A stretch of DNA of 63,844 bases, filler included, from Octopus bimaculoides (GCF_001194135.2; 4 parts of 4 records of this genome joined end to end with filler, not necessarily neighbours in it), one strand, 5' to 3'; shown: positions 26,918 to 39,785, numbered from the whole stretch's first letter. Notes: generated by a model not told the origin, from the sequence alone. Numbers and translations: made by a program.

Positions 26918-28344
26918 GGCATCATCATCATCATCATCATCGTTTAACGTCCGCTTTCCATGCTAGCATGGGTTGGACGATTTGACTGAGGACTGGTGAA
27001 ACCGGATGGCAACACCAGGCTCCAGTCTGATTTGGCAGAGTTTCTACAGCTGGATGCCCTTCCTAACGCCAACCACTCAGCGAATGTAGTGGGTGCTTTT
27101 ACGTGTCACCCGCACGAAAACGGCCACGCTCGAAATAGTGTCTTTTATGTGCCACCCGCACAAGCCAGTCCAGGGGCACTGGCAACGATCTCGCTCGAAA
27201 ATCCTACAGGAGCCAGTCAGGAGGTACTGGCAACGGCCACGCTCAAAATGGTGCATCNNNNNNNNNNNNNNNNNNNNNNNNNNNNNNNNNNNNNNNNNNN
27301 NNNNNNNNNNNNNNNNNNNNNNNNNNNNNNNNNNNNNNNNNNNNNNNNNNNNNNNNNNNNNNNNNNNNNNNNNNNNNNNNNNNNNNNNNNNNNNNNNNNN
27401 NNNNNNNNNNNNNNNNNNNNNNNNNNNNNNNNNNNNNNNNNNNNNNNNNNNNNNNNNNNNNNNNNNNNNNNNNNNNNNNNNNNNNNNNNNNNNNNNNNNN
27501 NNNNNNNNNNNNNNNNNNNNNNNNNNNNNNNNNNNNNNNNNNNNNNNNNNNNNNNNNNNNNNNNNNNNNNNNNNNNNNNNNNNNNNNNNNNNNNNNNNNN
27601 NNNNNNNNNNNNNNNNNNNNNNNNNNNNNNNNNNNNNNNNNNNNNNNNNNNNNNNNNNNNNNNNNNNNNNNNNNNNNNNNNNNNNNNNNNNNNNNNNNNN
27701 NNNNNNNNNNNNNNNNNNNNNNNNNNNNNNNNNNNNNNNNNNNNNNNNNNNNNNNNNNNNNNNNNNNNNNNNNNNNNNNNNNNNNNNNNNNNNNNNNNNN
27801 NNNNNNNNNNNNNNNNNNNNNNNNNNNNNNNNNNNNNNNNNNNNNNNNNNNNNNNNNNNNNNNNNNNNNNNNNNNNNNNNNNNNNNNNNNNNNNNNNNNN
27901 NNNNNNNNNNNNNNNNNNNNNNNNNNNNNNNNNNNNNNNNNNNNNNNNNNNNNNNNNNNNNNNNNNNNNNNNNATTAGGATTTTGGTTTTAGCTAGGTTG
28001 ACTCTAAGGCCCTTCAATTCTAGACCTTGCTTCCACACCTGAAACTTCTCCTCTAGTTCTGATAGTGACTCCGCAATTAAGGCAAGGTCATCAGCATAGA
28101 GGAGCTCCCAGGGGCAACCTGTCTTGAACTCCTCTGTGATTGCCTGGAGGACTATGGTAAATAAGAGGGGGATGAGGACGGAACCTTGGTGGACCCCTAC
28201 CTCTACCCGGAATTCATTGCTGTACTCATTTCCAACCCTCACCTTACTGGCAGCATCTCTGTACATGGCTCGCACAGCTTTCACTAACCATTCTTCTATC
28301 CCAAGTTTCCTCATTGACCACCAGATAAGGGATCGGGGGACCCT
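26918..28344 (-). mobile_element. 5'-truncated RTE-clade LINE (RT C-terminal half, 3' UTR, (GAT)n tail)
   Basis: ORF with GVHQGSVL.PLLF and LLYADD; 3' end catgctagcatggaaagcggacgttaaacg(atg)n on the minus strand; internal N gap. Confidence 0.92.
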
Positions 28345-28559
28345 CTATATTATTATTATTATTATTATTATTTTTCAACAAAATATCTTGTACCTTGTAT
28401 TACCATTAATTTGCGTTGATATCCATAAATTAATATATTACAAGGCTATGATGTTTTATTTATTATACTTACATTTTTCACTTGCCTTCAAATCAGTATG
28501 GTTATTTATTTTCATAAGGAGAAATAATTATATACGATGAATTCATTGGATTCTTTCCC

Positions 28560-28945
28560 TTCCTCCACCTCTTGTTTAAGCTTCCAACTTTTTTCGAACT
28601 TTTGTTTTCTGGATTTTACTGTGATCCATTATGCCCTCCCCTATTTTAATCTTTTAATTTAAACCTTTAGTATAGCGTTCACAGCCTCTCTCCCGTAATA
28701 ACTCTATGTAAACCAGCCTTCTTGTTTCTAACGGTCACTTACTTAGCTATATAATGTTATAACTCGTACGTAACCTTAACATTTCACATATGTCTTGCTT
28801 CTGTATGTTGGTTCCCTGATGATGAATATATGTGCAATTCCAGCACCTCTTACTTCTTTGGAGTAGAATGCACATATGTAGGAATTAAAGGAACTTATTG
28901 TTTATATGCGTTTTGCTCCATTTATTATTATTCTTCATATATATA
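28560..28945 (-). mobile_element. Penelope-like fragment, inverted relative to 26190-26335
   Basis: 28810-28941 is the reverse complement of 26189-26335 (gtgctggaattgcacatatattcatc.tcagggaacca shared). Confidence 0.65.
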
Positions 28946-29683
28946 TATATATATACACACACACACGACAGGATCCTTTCAGTTTCCATCTACCAAATCC
29001 ACTCACAAGGCTTTGGTTGACCCAAGCTATAGTAGAAGACACTTACCCAAGGTGCCACAAAGTGGTTGTGAAGCAAGCTTTTTACCACTCAGCCACACCT
29101 GCTCCTTATATATCTTTTTTTATAACTCTTATGATTCTTCTCACTCTACCATAATCAATAGTGAATGGTAAATGTATCTCAAAGATCAGATTTATGAAAA
29201 CTTCAACTCAATAATACAGAAAAAAAGGGTTAGTAGTTTGGCAACTACATAGCTAGAAAATAACCAGGAGGTAATATTTGATCTTTTTGAATCAGTGACA
29301 AAATTTGTGAAAAGATTTGAAAAGTGAGAGTTTTAAGATTCTGTGATTAAAACTTTTATAAACTTACATTTAAGCAACATAATTCACAAGATATTTTTAC
29401 CTCCAACAATGAGTCAGTGTTTTTAATTCAATTTGTGTGCTTTTACTTGTTTTTCTGTGTAAACAAACTATCGTGGTGACAAAACAGGTTAGTTATGGTA
29501 AGTAAACTTTAAAAGATATTTCAGATTTAAAGATGTGTGTGAAGTGTTTTAATGTTGTGTAGCTTTCAGTGGAGAAATGGATAATATTCTATTTTTACAG
29601 TTTGAAATGAATTTAGCAGTTTTAATTGGGTTTCCTTTTGCTTTTTCTACAAAACAATTATTTTTGAAAAGCGAATTTAGCAT

Positions 29684-29751
<68 letters not shown>

Positions 29752-30258
29752 ATGCGTGTGTGTGTGTATGAGAGTGAGTGTGTGAGTGTGTGTAAGCTTA
29801 TGTGTCTGTATGCCTGTGGGTGTGTGAATGTGTGCGTTCACATATTTCAGTATATATGTATATGTATGTGAATAGCTGGGTTTGTCTAAGGCACAATATA
29901 GTCTGCTACTGGTCCTGATTACTGACGAAAATATTGTAAGATGACCAAGAACTGCATCACTCTTAACTCCATCCAACATCTCTAAGATTTTCAAAAGAAA
30001 GCAGAACCAATATTCTCAATATCTCCATTATATCTTTTAATGTATTAGTCACCAATTAATGATTAACCATAAGTTATTTCAAGAGATGGAATTTATCAAC
30101 AAGACATTCTTATAATCATGTCATTTTAAAAATGCTTAAAATTTCAATTTTACAATGTTTTTAAACTTAACGAGACATTCTCATGAATTAATTAACTTAC
30201 CTAGAATAGCCATAGTGATAAGATATTAATTAAAGAATGAAAAATGAAAGATTTTAAT

Positions 30259-30632
30259 TAGAGGTGCATGAAACAACGTTGATAGAAATATAGATATGTA
30301 AAATTATAGTTTACACATTCCCATACACTCAGATATGAAAAGACATTCACCTCGCAAATTGTCATAGGAGAAAAACTACAGACCAATCACTGCACTATGA
30401 ATGATGTCATCTACCCATAGGCACTTCATCAGTTACAGACACTGAACTCATCATTCATAGCCACTAAGAACATGGCCCCATGATGACTTTTCACACATAT
30501 TGCCTAAAAGGAAAATTATTCTCCTGTGATAGTTTGTGCAGCAAAGGTCTTTGCATGTCTGAGTGTTCACAAATGTGTTAAATATGATTGTACACATCTA
30601 TATTTCAATTAATATTGCTTCATGCACCTCTA
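30259..30632. mobile_element. MITE with 14-bp terminal inverted repeats (TA-flanked, Tc1/mariner-like)
   Basis: tagaggtgcatgaa (30259-30272) and ttcatgcacctcta (30619-30632) are perfect reverse complements. Confidence 0.55.
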
Positions 30633-31356
30633 GCCAATTATTTTCAGCTTGACTAAGCTTTGCACACAACAGTTGTTGTGTGCAAAGTTGTTTAAATATA
30701 AGAACAGCAGTTATCAGTGAGCTATGAACAATGGAGTCAGTAGTGTGATTCAATCACTTTTTAAAGTTATCTCAACAGATTCGCTATAGAAATTAGAGTC
30801 AACACTAATTTGTTATGATGTTCCGTATATGAACACATCTAATGTAAAACATTGCATAACAAATCAGTGTTGACTCCAATTCTTATAGAAAACCCGTAGA
30901 AAATGGGTTCACTGTCCATAGCTGATGAAACATAACAATACAGAAACACATGCACCATAAAGTGTGATGATGCTATTCATAGCCCAATGTTGTGTTTTCA
31001 CACATATTGCCTTTGAGAGGTTTCTCTTGAAACTATTCTGCAGTGAAAGATCTTTCCATGCCCAAGTGAACATGAATAAGTTAAATATAATAGTACATGT
31101 CTGTGGTGTGTTTGGTATCCTGTTAATTAGCATACCATGCTATCTTAATTTACTGTAATCATGTCATAGCTGTATATTTGTAATATTAAAAGTTTTCTCT
31201 TATTTTTCTTAATACAAGTGGTACCCTATGAGTTGTAATACATAGTTGCTTGGGATGCAAGAAATAACAGCCAAATCTGCCCAGATCACACCATATCACC
31301 ACAAAACAAAAAAGAAAAGATATATTGTATAGGATTATTTAGTTTATATTATGCAA

Positions 31357-32050
31357 CTAGCAAACGCACCCATCCTTTGGACGGTTTAAGTTGCTTTGGT
31401 GGTATTTTATGAGTAGCACAGCAATCTATGTTTCTGATTAACCTAGGAAAGGATAACCAAATTGAAGGCTGGTTATTGTGGAGGTCGTTGCACTTCAATG
31501 ATCAGAAAACATATAAGTTTGCAAGCGATGCAAAGTAGTGCTTCTGAAATGTTTTGGGAGTATATTACGGACAATGACTACAAAATAAGTTGTTTTACAT
31601 GAAAGCGAAATTTCTTGTCAGCAACAACCACATAAATGGTATAAGGAAATTGAAGGAAGATGTTGAAACTTCCCCTCTGTGAGTTTATTTTATTCAACAG
31701 CAAAGGGAGCAATTTTTTTGGAAAGAAGTATGATTGGTACATTAAAAAATGGCAATATAATACCTACTTGAAAAAGTAGAGTTAAAGGAAAGTATTTGCT
31801 ACCTGCTTACAGTGTACGACCACTCTGAAATTGACTTCAAGTAATGAAAAATGAAGACATGAAGAGTTTGACTTCAGTTCACGAATACTACTTTGAATTT
31901 TTAGCAGTTTGCAGACAAATAATAAATTTTAAAAATGTGAAAACAACTAAAAAATATTCTGTAATGCAAATATACGATCATATAGATTAAGAAAGTTTGG
32001 AAAACTGTCAAAACAAATAAATAGACAAGATCCTTTTACTTTTATAATAT
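31357..32050 (-). mobile_element. Non-autonomous Helitron-like element
   Basis: Minus-strand 3' end ccgtcc-aaa-ggatgg hairpin + 9 nt + CTAG|T (31384-31356); AT-rich atattataaaagtaaaagga resembles a Helitron 5' end near 32050, whose boundary is uncertain. Confidence 0.5.
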
Positions 32051-32303
32051 TCTCTAACCAAAACACTTAATCATAAAATATATACCAATACACTTATAAG
32101 CATATGCTTAGGATATAAAGGGAAGAGAAGCACCACAGAAATGGTAAATGGTTTACGGCATAAATGAAATTACTTCAAACTTGCTTAACTAATATTTGGG
32201 ATGCCTCATCTCTACTAAGTATCAAAGAAATGTGTTAAATAAAATTAATTTTGTGGATCTGATCAAAGACTTTACAATTAAAAAAAGTAGAAAACTTTTC
32301 AAA

Positions 32304-32713
32304 TAGGCACAAATGTGGCTGTGTGGTAAGAAGCTTGCTTCACAGCCACATAGTTCCAGGTTCAGTCCCACTGTGTGGCACCTTGGGCAAGTGTCTTCTA
32401 CCATAACCTTGGCCAACCAAACCTTGTAAGTGGATTTGGTAGACGGAAACTGAAAGAAGCCCATCGTATGTATATGTGTGTGAGTGTGTGTGTATGTGTA
32501 TGTTTGTGTGTCTGTTTATCCCAATCACCATCACTTCACAACCGATGTTGGTGTGTTTACATCTCTGTAACTTAGCGATTCGGCAAAAGAGACCGATAGA
32601 ATAAGTACTAGGCTTACAAAGAATAAGTCCTGGGGTCAATTTGTTTGACCAGAGGCGGTGATCCAGCATGGCCACAGTCAAATGACTGAAGCAAGTAAAA
32701 GAGTAAAAGAGTA
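32304..32713 (+). mobile_element. SINE family A, full length
   Basis: Same head, core and aagtaaaagag tail. Confidence 0.85.
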
Positions 32714-32820
32714 AATATAAATTAAGCAGAAGTATACAAAAATAAATATAATTTCCCATCTTACTGTTAGTTTTATTTCATTTTGAAATCTTTTAAGTGC
32801 TTAGGGTCTTGATAGTACTG

Positions 32821-32858
<38 letters not shown>

Positions 32859-34009
32859 CGCACACACACACACACACAGATATATATATTAAATAAAGAG
32901 GTAATCATAGCTGGAAGTTTTTAATCATAAGGATTAATCAATTAGTCAGGCATTGTACTAAGTATCAGCAATGAGTTGAGCCTTACATTGAAAAACCTCT
33001 ATTTTAAATGTTAATGACAAATTGTGGTGGCACTTGAGTAGCATAGAAAGAGTGTAACAGAAAGGAATTGCAGTGCACTAAAACCCTTTTGGCTTCTGAA
33101 TAGTTTAGTGATACTGGATATTTTGTCATTCTCTCTGTATTATTGCTGTTGCTATTGTTACATGTGTGTATGTGTGTGTGTCTGTGTATGTGTGTATGTT
33201 TGTGTATGAGTGTGTGTGTGTGTGTGTGTACACATACTGGCTCACACTCATACAAGCACACACACACACACACATGTAAGTCACATATTTTCTATGAACA
33301 TACAATTTAAATTCACTGCGAAAAGCAAACAAAACATTTCTAGTTTGTTAGAGCTTCATCAGGGAAACAATACTCAACTTCTGTCCAAAGAGAGATTACT
33401 AACCTATAGCTATTTATATAAACTTGAACAGAGCTGGCTTAGTTTAATTTACATAGTAGTACATGCACTTATGAAATGAATGAATTAATTTGGCTCTCGC
33501 ATGATGCAATTGCTCTGAATATAGATTAAAAGAAAAAGTGATTTGCAGTGTAGGGTACACACAGTGATATCTGTAATGTACTAATCTTAATGTGATAAGG
33601 AGTTAGGTTTTCTGATTTTGATGAAGATGTATCAAAGCTAGAAACTAGTTACATTATCTCCTTTTCTGTTCATAGGGAGTTAAAATCTGTGGTGTAACCC
33701 TGGGCCTATGAGGTGAGGTTGGTCATTTTTGTGTTGACTCAGACTTCAGACTTTGCTGAAAAGGTCAACTCAAAATAATTAATAAATCTTATTCCACTAA
33801 ATCTTTAGAATACCACCATCAGCAAATGTTTTCTATAAATTCATCAACAACTCTAAATAATACATATAGACACACATACTTGACCGTTTGACTAAGATCA
33901 AAGTGTAGTATATGTATGTATGTATGTATGCATGTATGTATGTATGCATGCATGTATGTATGTATGCATGCATGTATGTATGTATATACATGTGTGTGTG
34001 TGTGTATAG

Positions 34010-34335
34010 TGAAGGTGCATAACTCAGTAGTTAGAGCATTGGGCTGACAATCATGAGGTAGTGAGTTCAATTCCTATACCAGGCTGTGTTTTGTGTTCTT
34101 GAGCAAGGCACTTTATTTCATGTTACTCCAGTTCACTCAGCTGTAGAAATGAGTTGTGTTGTCATTGGTGCCCAGCTGTATCAGCCTTTGCATTTCTCTT
34201 GGATAACATCAGCAGCATAGAGAAGGGAGGCTAGTGTGCATGGGTGACAGCTAGTCTTCCATAAACAACCTTTCCCAGATTTGTACCTCAAGCAGTAACT
34301 TTCTAGGTGCAATCTCATGGCGATTCATGCCTAAA
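34010..34335 (+). mobile_element. tRNA-derived SINE (family D)
   Basis: A/B-box-like head (ctcagtagttagagc...gagttcaattcc) and tgtgttcttgagcaaggcac core, shared with the 15940-16035 and 37354 copies. Confidence 0.55.
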
Positions 34336-34362
34336 AGGAGTCTTTACCCTTTATATATATAC

Positions 34363-34405
<43 letters not shown>

Positions 34406-34893
34406 TGAAAATGAGATGACAAAGGCATAAACATTTATCTTATGAACTTTATTAGCCCACAGCTGTTTCTACTATAAAATGCAGTGGATTCATAGTAGAG
34501 TGCTTGGTAACACCTTGTAGCTTCATCAGAGCCTTGTATGTGTGTATATATATATATATCAGTGGCGTGCAGTCTCAGCCATGCAAGCTATGCACCGCAT
34601 GTCTTGTTATATAATCGGAAAATTAGATAAAATAGTTACTTTCTTGCAAAAAATAATCCGTCCAGTTTTCGAAATATTCTTTCTCCCCTTCCCCTCTCTC
34701 AGTGACTAGTAAAAGCTTCGAGAATCCAGCATATAGACACTCCCTAACTCCCTATCTATGTTAGTTTGTCCTTCCTTCCTTCTTCTCTCTCTCTCTCTCT
34801 CTTAGTGACCTGTCAAAAGATATGCTAGGACCGATCTCCCCTTCCCCTCTCTCAGTGACTAGTAAAAGCTTTGAGAAGGGTATGCAATGAGAA

Positions 34894-34993
34894 NNNNNNN
34901 NNNNNNNNNNNNNNNNNNNNNNNNNNNNNNNNNNNNNTTAATTAATTAANNNNNNNNNNNNNNNNNNNNNNNNNNNNNNNNNNNNNNNNNNNN
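34894..34993. other. Artificial 100-nt scaffold join spacer
   Basis: 44 N + TTAATTAATTAA + 44 N. Confidence 0.95.
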
Positions 34994-35320
34994 GAGCGTG
35001 GCCGTTGCCAGTACCGCCTGACTGGCTCCTGTAGGATTTTCGAGCGAGATCGTTGCCAGTGCCCCTGGACTGGCTTGTGCGGGTGGCACATAAAAGACAC
35101 CATTTCGAGCGTGGCCGTTTTCGTGCGGGTGACACGTAAAAGCACCCACTACACTCTCTGAGTGGTTGGCGTTAGGAAGGGCATCCAGCTGTAGAAACTC
35201 TGCCAAATCAGACTGGAGCCTGGTGTTGCCATCCGGTTTCACCAGTCCTCAGTCAAATCGTCCAACCCATGCTAGCATGGAAAGCGGACGTTAAACGATG
35301 ATGATGATGATGATGATGAT
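34994..35320 (+). mobile_element. RTE LINE 3' end
   Basis: Near-identical to the reverse complement of 26920-27250; ends in (GAT)n; begins at a scaffold join. Confidence 0.9.
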
Positions 35321-37282
35321 GAACAAGAGCAGTATTATGTTCAGTTGAAAAAGTATCTATGTATATACGCATTCGTATGTGTGTATCCATTATGTGTGTG
35401 TGTTTATGTATTTCTGTTGTGACCATGTGAATGTGTATAAGTTTATACAGAATTGAATTTTTTTTGTCTTTGATCAATAAGGGTTATTTCCTATTTGTTT
35501 TGTAAAAGTTTGGATAGTTGTCATAGAGACTTTAGTCTCTCTCTATCACCTTTCAACAGCATTATAAATGAAGAGACATCAGAACAATTTACAATATAAT
35601 AAAAAGGTTTTATTTATGATGATACTTGGTTATATAAATTCCTGTCATTCAGATTAGCAGCCGCTGATTAAATTGTAGTTTGGTAAAAGAAGGTTAAGGT
35701 CTTCCTTGATGCTTGCCAGAGAAGCAAGTAGCTATCACATCGATAGTATCATGGTGAAAAGTGCTTCGTGGAGGAGCGAGGTGTTGTCATGTAGAAGGTC
35801 TGAGCTCAACTCACCGAGAAAATGAAAGTAACTGCTTAAGTACGAGTTTTACTATGCATGCGCAACTCGAGGGGCTTCTGGTGGTGAAGTCCCCTGTGCA
35901 TGCGCAGAATAGTATTTCTTCAATGGCGGCTATAATTTTTGCGCCACTACAGTTTCTATTAAGAAATCAAAGGAAATGGCTACTATTTCCTTCAAACTTT
36001 GCTTTTGTGATCTGGACATCAATGTTTTGAAACTGACCTATTTTCCATTACACTTCAGACAGATTCAGTGATGAATTACTGAAGCAGAAATATCACTATA
36101 GCAAATATTCTGCTCAATGGCACAGATTTGCTTGTCAGTTGCTTGACCTTATCCACTTGAGCATGTCCCTTAGTGGCTGACAATATGTGCATCTCTGATG
36201 ATGAGCAGCAGTAGTGAAGGAGAATCACAGCCATGTGTTGAGAGGAATTCTTTAGGGTTTGAGTAAATGTAACAAAAGCAAAGTTTTAAGGAAATATTAG
36301 CCATTTTTCATATTTTCTAGGGGTAAGCAAATAAGAAATAACAGTTGCTATCAAAGGACAAAAATCTGGTTACAGTGTTATGTAGTACTAAGTCATAGAG
36401 TAAATCTTTCACTTGAATACGAAGTGATTTTAATGCAGACAAACTGGTAGTATCTATTCCAATAACTTAATCCTTAAATTACCATATTTCTGTTGAAACA
36501 CTCAGACATTGTTTTAATAAACTTTAATGAAGAATTTAGTAAAATAACTTTATCATTAAGTTGGTGTTTGGAACATAAATTAACGTGAAAATTTGGAGTA
36601 TGAAATTTGGATGGATAGATAATAAAATACAAACATACCAGCAAACATACAGCCTGCTATCATTTGGTCAATTCAGATATTTGGCACATGCATGTATGTA
36701 TATACCTTTATCTTTTACCTTTTAGTTGTTTCAGTCATTTGACTGTGGCTATGCTGGAGCACTACTTTGAAAGGTTGACCTGGGGCACTTCTTTGAACAA
36801 GTTGACCCTAGGATTTATTTTTCTTATTCTATCATTCTTTATGTCAAATTATTAAGTTACGAGGAAGTAAACATGCCAACACCAGTTGCAAGGGGAGGGA
36901 CAAACACACACACACACATATACAAAGGGCTTCTTTCAGTTTCCGGCTACTAAATCCATTCACAAGCATTTGATCAGCACAAGACACTTGCCCAAGGTGC
37001 TGTGTAGTGGGACTGAACCTGAAACCATGTGATTGGGAAGTAAGCTTCTTATTTCTTTATTGCCCACAAGGGACTAAACAAGGACAGACAAATGGGTTAA
37101 GTTGATTACATTGACCCCAGTGTATAACAGGTACTTAATTTATCAACCCCAAAAGGCAAAGTCGACCTTGGCAGAATTTGAACTCAGAACACTAAGTATT
37201 TCGCCTGGCATGCTAACGTTTCTGCCAGCAAGCTTCTTACCACACAACCATGCCTGTACCTGTCTGTGTATGTATGTGTGTG

Positions 37283-37351
<69 letters not shown>

Positions 37352-37353
37352 AT

Positions 37354-37590
37354 GGAGGCAAGTGGCTTAGTGGTTGGGGTGTCAGCATCACGATCATAAG
37401 ATTGTGGTTTCAATTCCTGGACCAGGTGACACGTTGTGTTCTTGAGCAAAACACTTCATTTCATGTTGCTCCAATCCACTCAGCTGGCAAAAATGAGTAA
37501 TGCTGCGATGGACTGGCGTCCCGTCCAGCTAAGGGGGGAACACATATGCCATGGAAACCGGGAAACCAGCCCTATGCTCCACAAGGGGCT
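37354..37590 (+). mobile_element. tRNA-derived SINE with V-domain-like segment
   Basis: tRNA-like head followed by ctgcgatggactggcgtcccgtccag (37503-37528), resembling the conserved V-SINE central motif as I recall it. Confidence 0.55.
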
Positions 37591-38102
37591 AAAAGGAATA
37601 ACAACAACAATATATATATATATATGTTATCAAGAGATTTTTCATTGTTGATACTAACAGAATCACATTACTGTTGTTTGCTTAATGGGAGACATTTTTC
37701 AATTGACAGCAAAGGAACCAATTTTGTTGGTTGTAAAGGGGTCCATAAATTACCAAAAAATGAAAAATAACAATAACTTAGAGTTTATTGGAAAACAAGC
37801 AAACAAATTTTAATCAGAAACATCAGAACACTTCCATGTGGGTCCAATGGTTGCATACAACACATCTAGATGATGCTCAATTTCTATTGTAAAGATAATT
37901 TATGAACACCCTGTGTGTATGTATGCATTTGTGTGTGTGTGTGTGTTTAAGAGTGTGTGAGACAGAGTGAGGGGGATGAGAGAGGGAGAGAGAGAGAAAG
38001 AAAGAGAGTGAGAGATATGCATAGATAAACAGATATACCTACTGACATATATACATATACATTTATTTTGTTTCAAGAATTTATAACTGTAAAAATACAT
38101 AC

Positions 38103-38164
38103 TGCATATTTTGTTCATCCATTCCAAAAATATGGTCATATGTTTTGAAATCACTTTTAGTAAT
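38103..38164 (-). CDS. ACP1: LMW-PTP coding exon 4 (ITKSDFKTYDHIFGMDEQNM)
   Basis: cag| acceptor, |gtatgt donor, 62 nt, phase 0 to 2; IT..DF..yD.I..MD..N motif. Not present in the supplied ORF track; found by reading the minus strand. Confidence 0.93.
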
Positions 38165-38615
38165 CTGGATTTTAAAGATTAAAAGCAAAAATTACAACAA
38201 TGATCATTAATTTCATTTTTGTCGAAGCATATAAAAATATCAATATATACTTTAATGCCAGTTTACTGTAGCATTTGATGAAAGAAATGGGTATACAAAT
38301 TACTATTAAGTGTATTTTATGACAATAATCAGAAACATCACAAAGCATGATAACACTGCCAAAATAAAACAACAAAAATTATCAGTTACTGAGTGATGGG
38401 AATCTCAGAGTCCACTATAAGCAGCATCAATTGTAGTATGTTATTAAACTTTTTGATAAGATTGAACCTGAAACCATGTGGTTACAAAGCAAACTTCTGA
38501 ACTACACAGCCATAACAATGACTATGAAGATGAATAAAATAAAAATATTCGAAAGCAGAATTAATTGAAAGATTAGATGCAACAACACAAAATAATATAT
38601 ATACAATATACTCAC

Positions 38616-38729
38616 TTGTCTTACAGTATGTCTAAAATTTATGCCGTTTTCTTTCAAAACTTTCAAGGCTCTTTCATCGGGCTGTTTTCCAATGTGCCAA
38701 TCTCCAATGGCTGCACTATCAACTTCCCA
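38616..38729 (-). CDS. ACP1: LMW-PTP coding exon 3 (WEVDSAAIGDWHIGKQPDERALKVLKENGINFRHTVRQ)
   Basis: cag| acceptor, |gtgagt donor, 114 nt, phase 0 to 0; DSA..W/Y..G..PD motif typical of LMW-PTPs. Confidence 0.95.
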
Positions 38730-38894
38730 CTGTATAATTGGTAAAAAGCAAAAAATTCTATCAATATTTTTGCATACAAACATCTAACCAACAAATCAAT
38801 GATAGTTGTTTCATAAAACAGTAAAAAAATTTGCTACAGCTTTGAGTTTTGTTGTACATGTTATACAATATTCTGTTGTGAATAACCTTGTATC

Positions 38895-39292
38895 TTTTAT
38901 CTGCTTCAGTCTTTGAACTGTGGCCATGCTGGGGCAGTACCTTGAAGAACTTTTTTTAGTTGAATGAATCAACCCCAGTACTTATTTTTTTTTTTTAAAC
39001 CTGTTACTTGTTTGATTGGTCTCTTTGCTGAATTACTAAGTTATGGGGATGCAAACAAACCAACACCAGTCGTCAAGTGGTGGTGGGGGGACAAACACAG
39101 ACACAAAGACACACACACATATATATATATGATGGACTTCTTTCAGTTTCCATCTACCAAATCCACTCACATGGCTTTGGTTAACCCAAGGTTATAGGAG
39201 AAGATACTTACTCAAGATGCCATGCAATGGGACTGAACTCGGAACCATATGGTTGGCAAGAAAGCTTCATACCACACAACCACACCTGTGTC
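38895..39292 (-). mobile_element. SINE family A, older copy
   Basis: Degenerate reverse-complement match. Other older copies lie at ~1752-1960(+), 2296-2435(-), 3350-3790(+), 24212-24555(+), 28968-29105(-), 36715-37030(-), 46980-47352(+), 56318-56672(-) and 58960-59105(-). Confidence 0.7.
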
Positions 39293-39785
39293 TGTTATAA
39301 TGTTTGTTTATTTTTTATTTTTTTCAAATAGTGAAGAATAAGAAGTATTGGAGAAAAAGTAATGGCATTAACTACAACAAAAAGAGTAGTGACATCAACA
39401 TTATCATTGTTTTAACATCCACTTTCCCAAGCTTGCATGGGTTGGATGGAATTTGTTGAACCAGATTTTCTACAGCTTGATGCCCTTCCTGTCACCAACT
39501 CTCACCTGTTTCCAAGTAAAGTAATAGTCCCCACGACCAGACATGTTTTCACCAAAGATTGGAAATGAAAAAAACACTACTTGTTTGACGGTAACACTCA
39601 TTTGCAACTACTATGCAATGTCAAAGCAGAGACAGCAAGAGATGATGCAAACAGGAAAAATAGAACACAATATATGTGTATATGTTTTGATAGGTGCCAC
39701 CACATGAAACACCCAGCCCTTGAGTCACTCTGTTGCTTCTGCTAAATATCAGATAAATAAATAAATAAATATATATATATATAGA

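Noticed and set aside
21198-38103. ACP1-astacin fusion transcript (both on the minus strand, complementary missing halves)
   Set aside because: ACP1 exon 4 ends in phase 2 while the astacin exon starts in phase 1, and a scaffold join lies between them.
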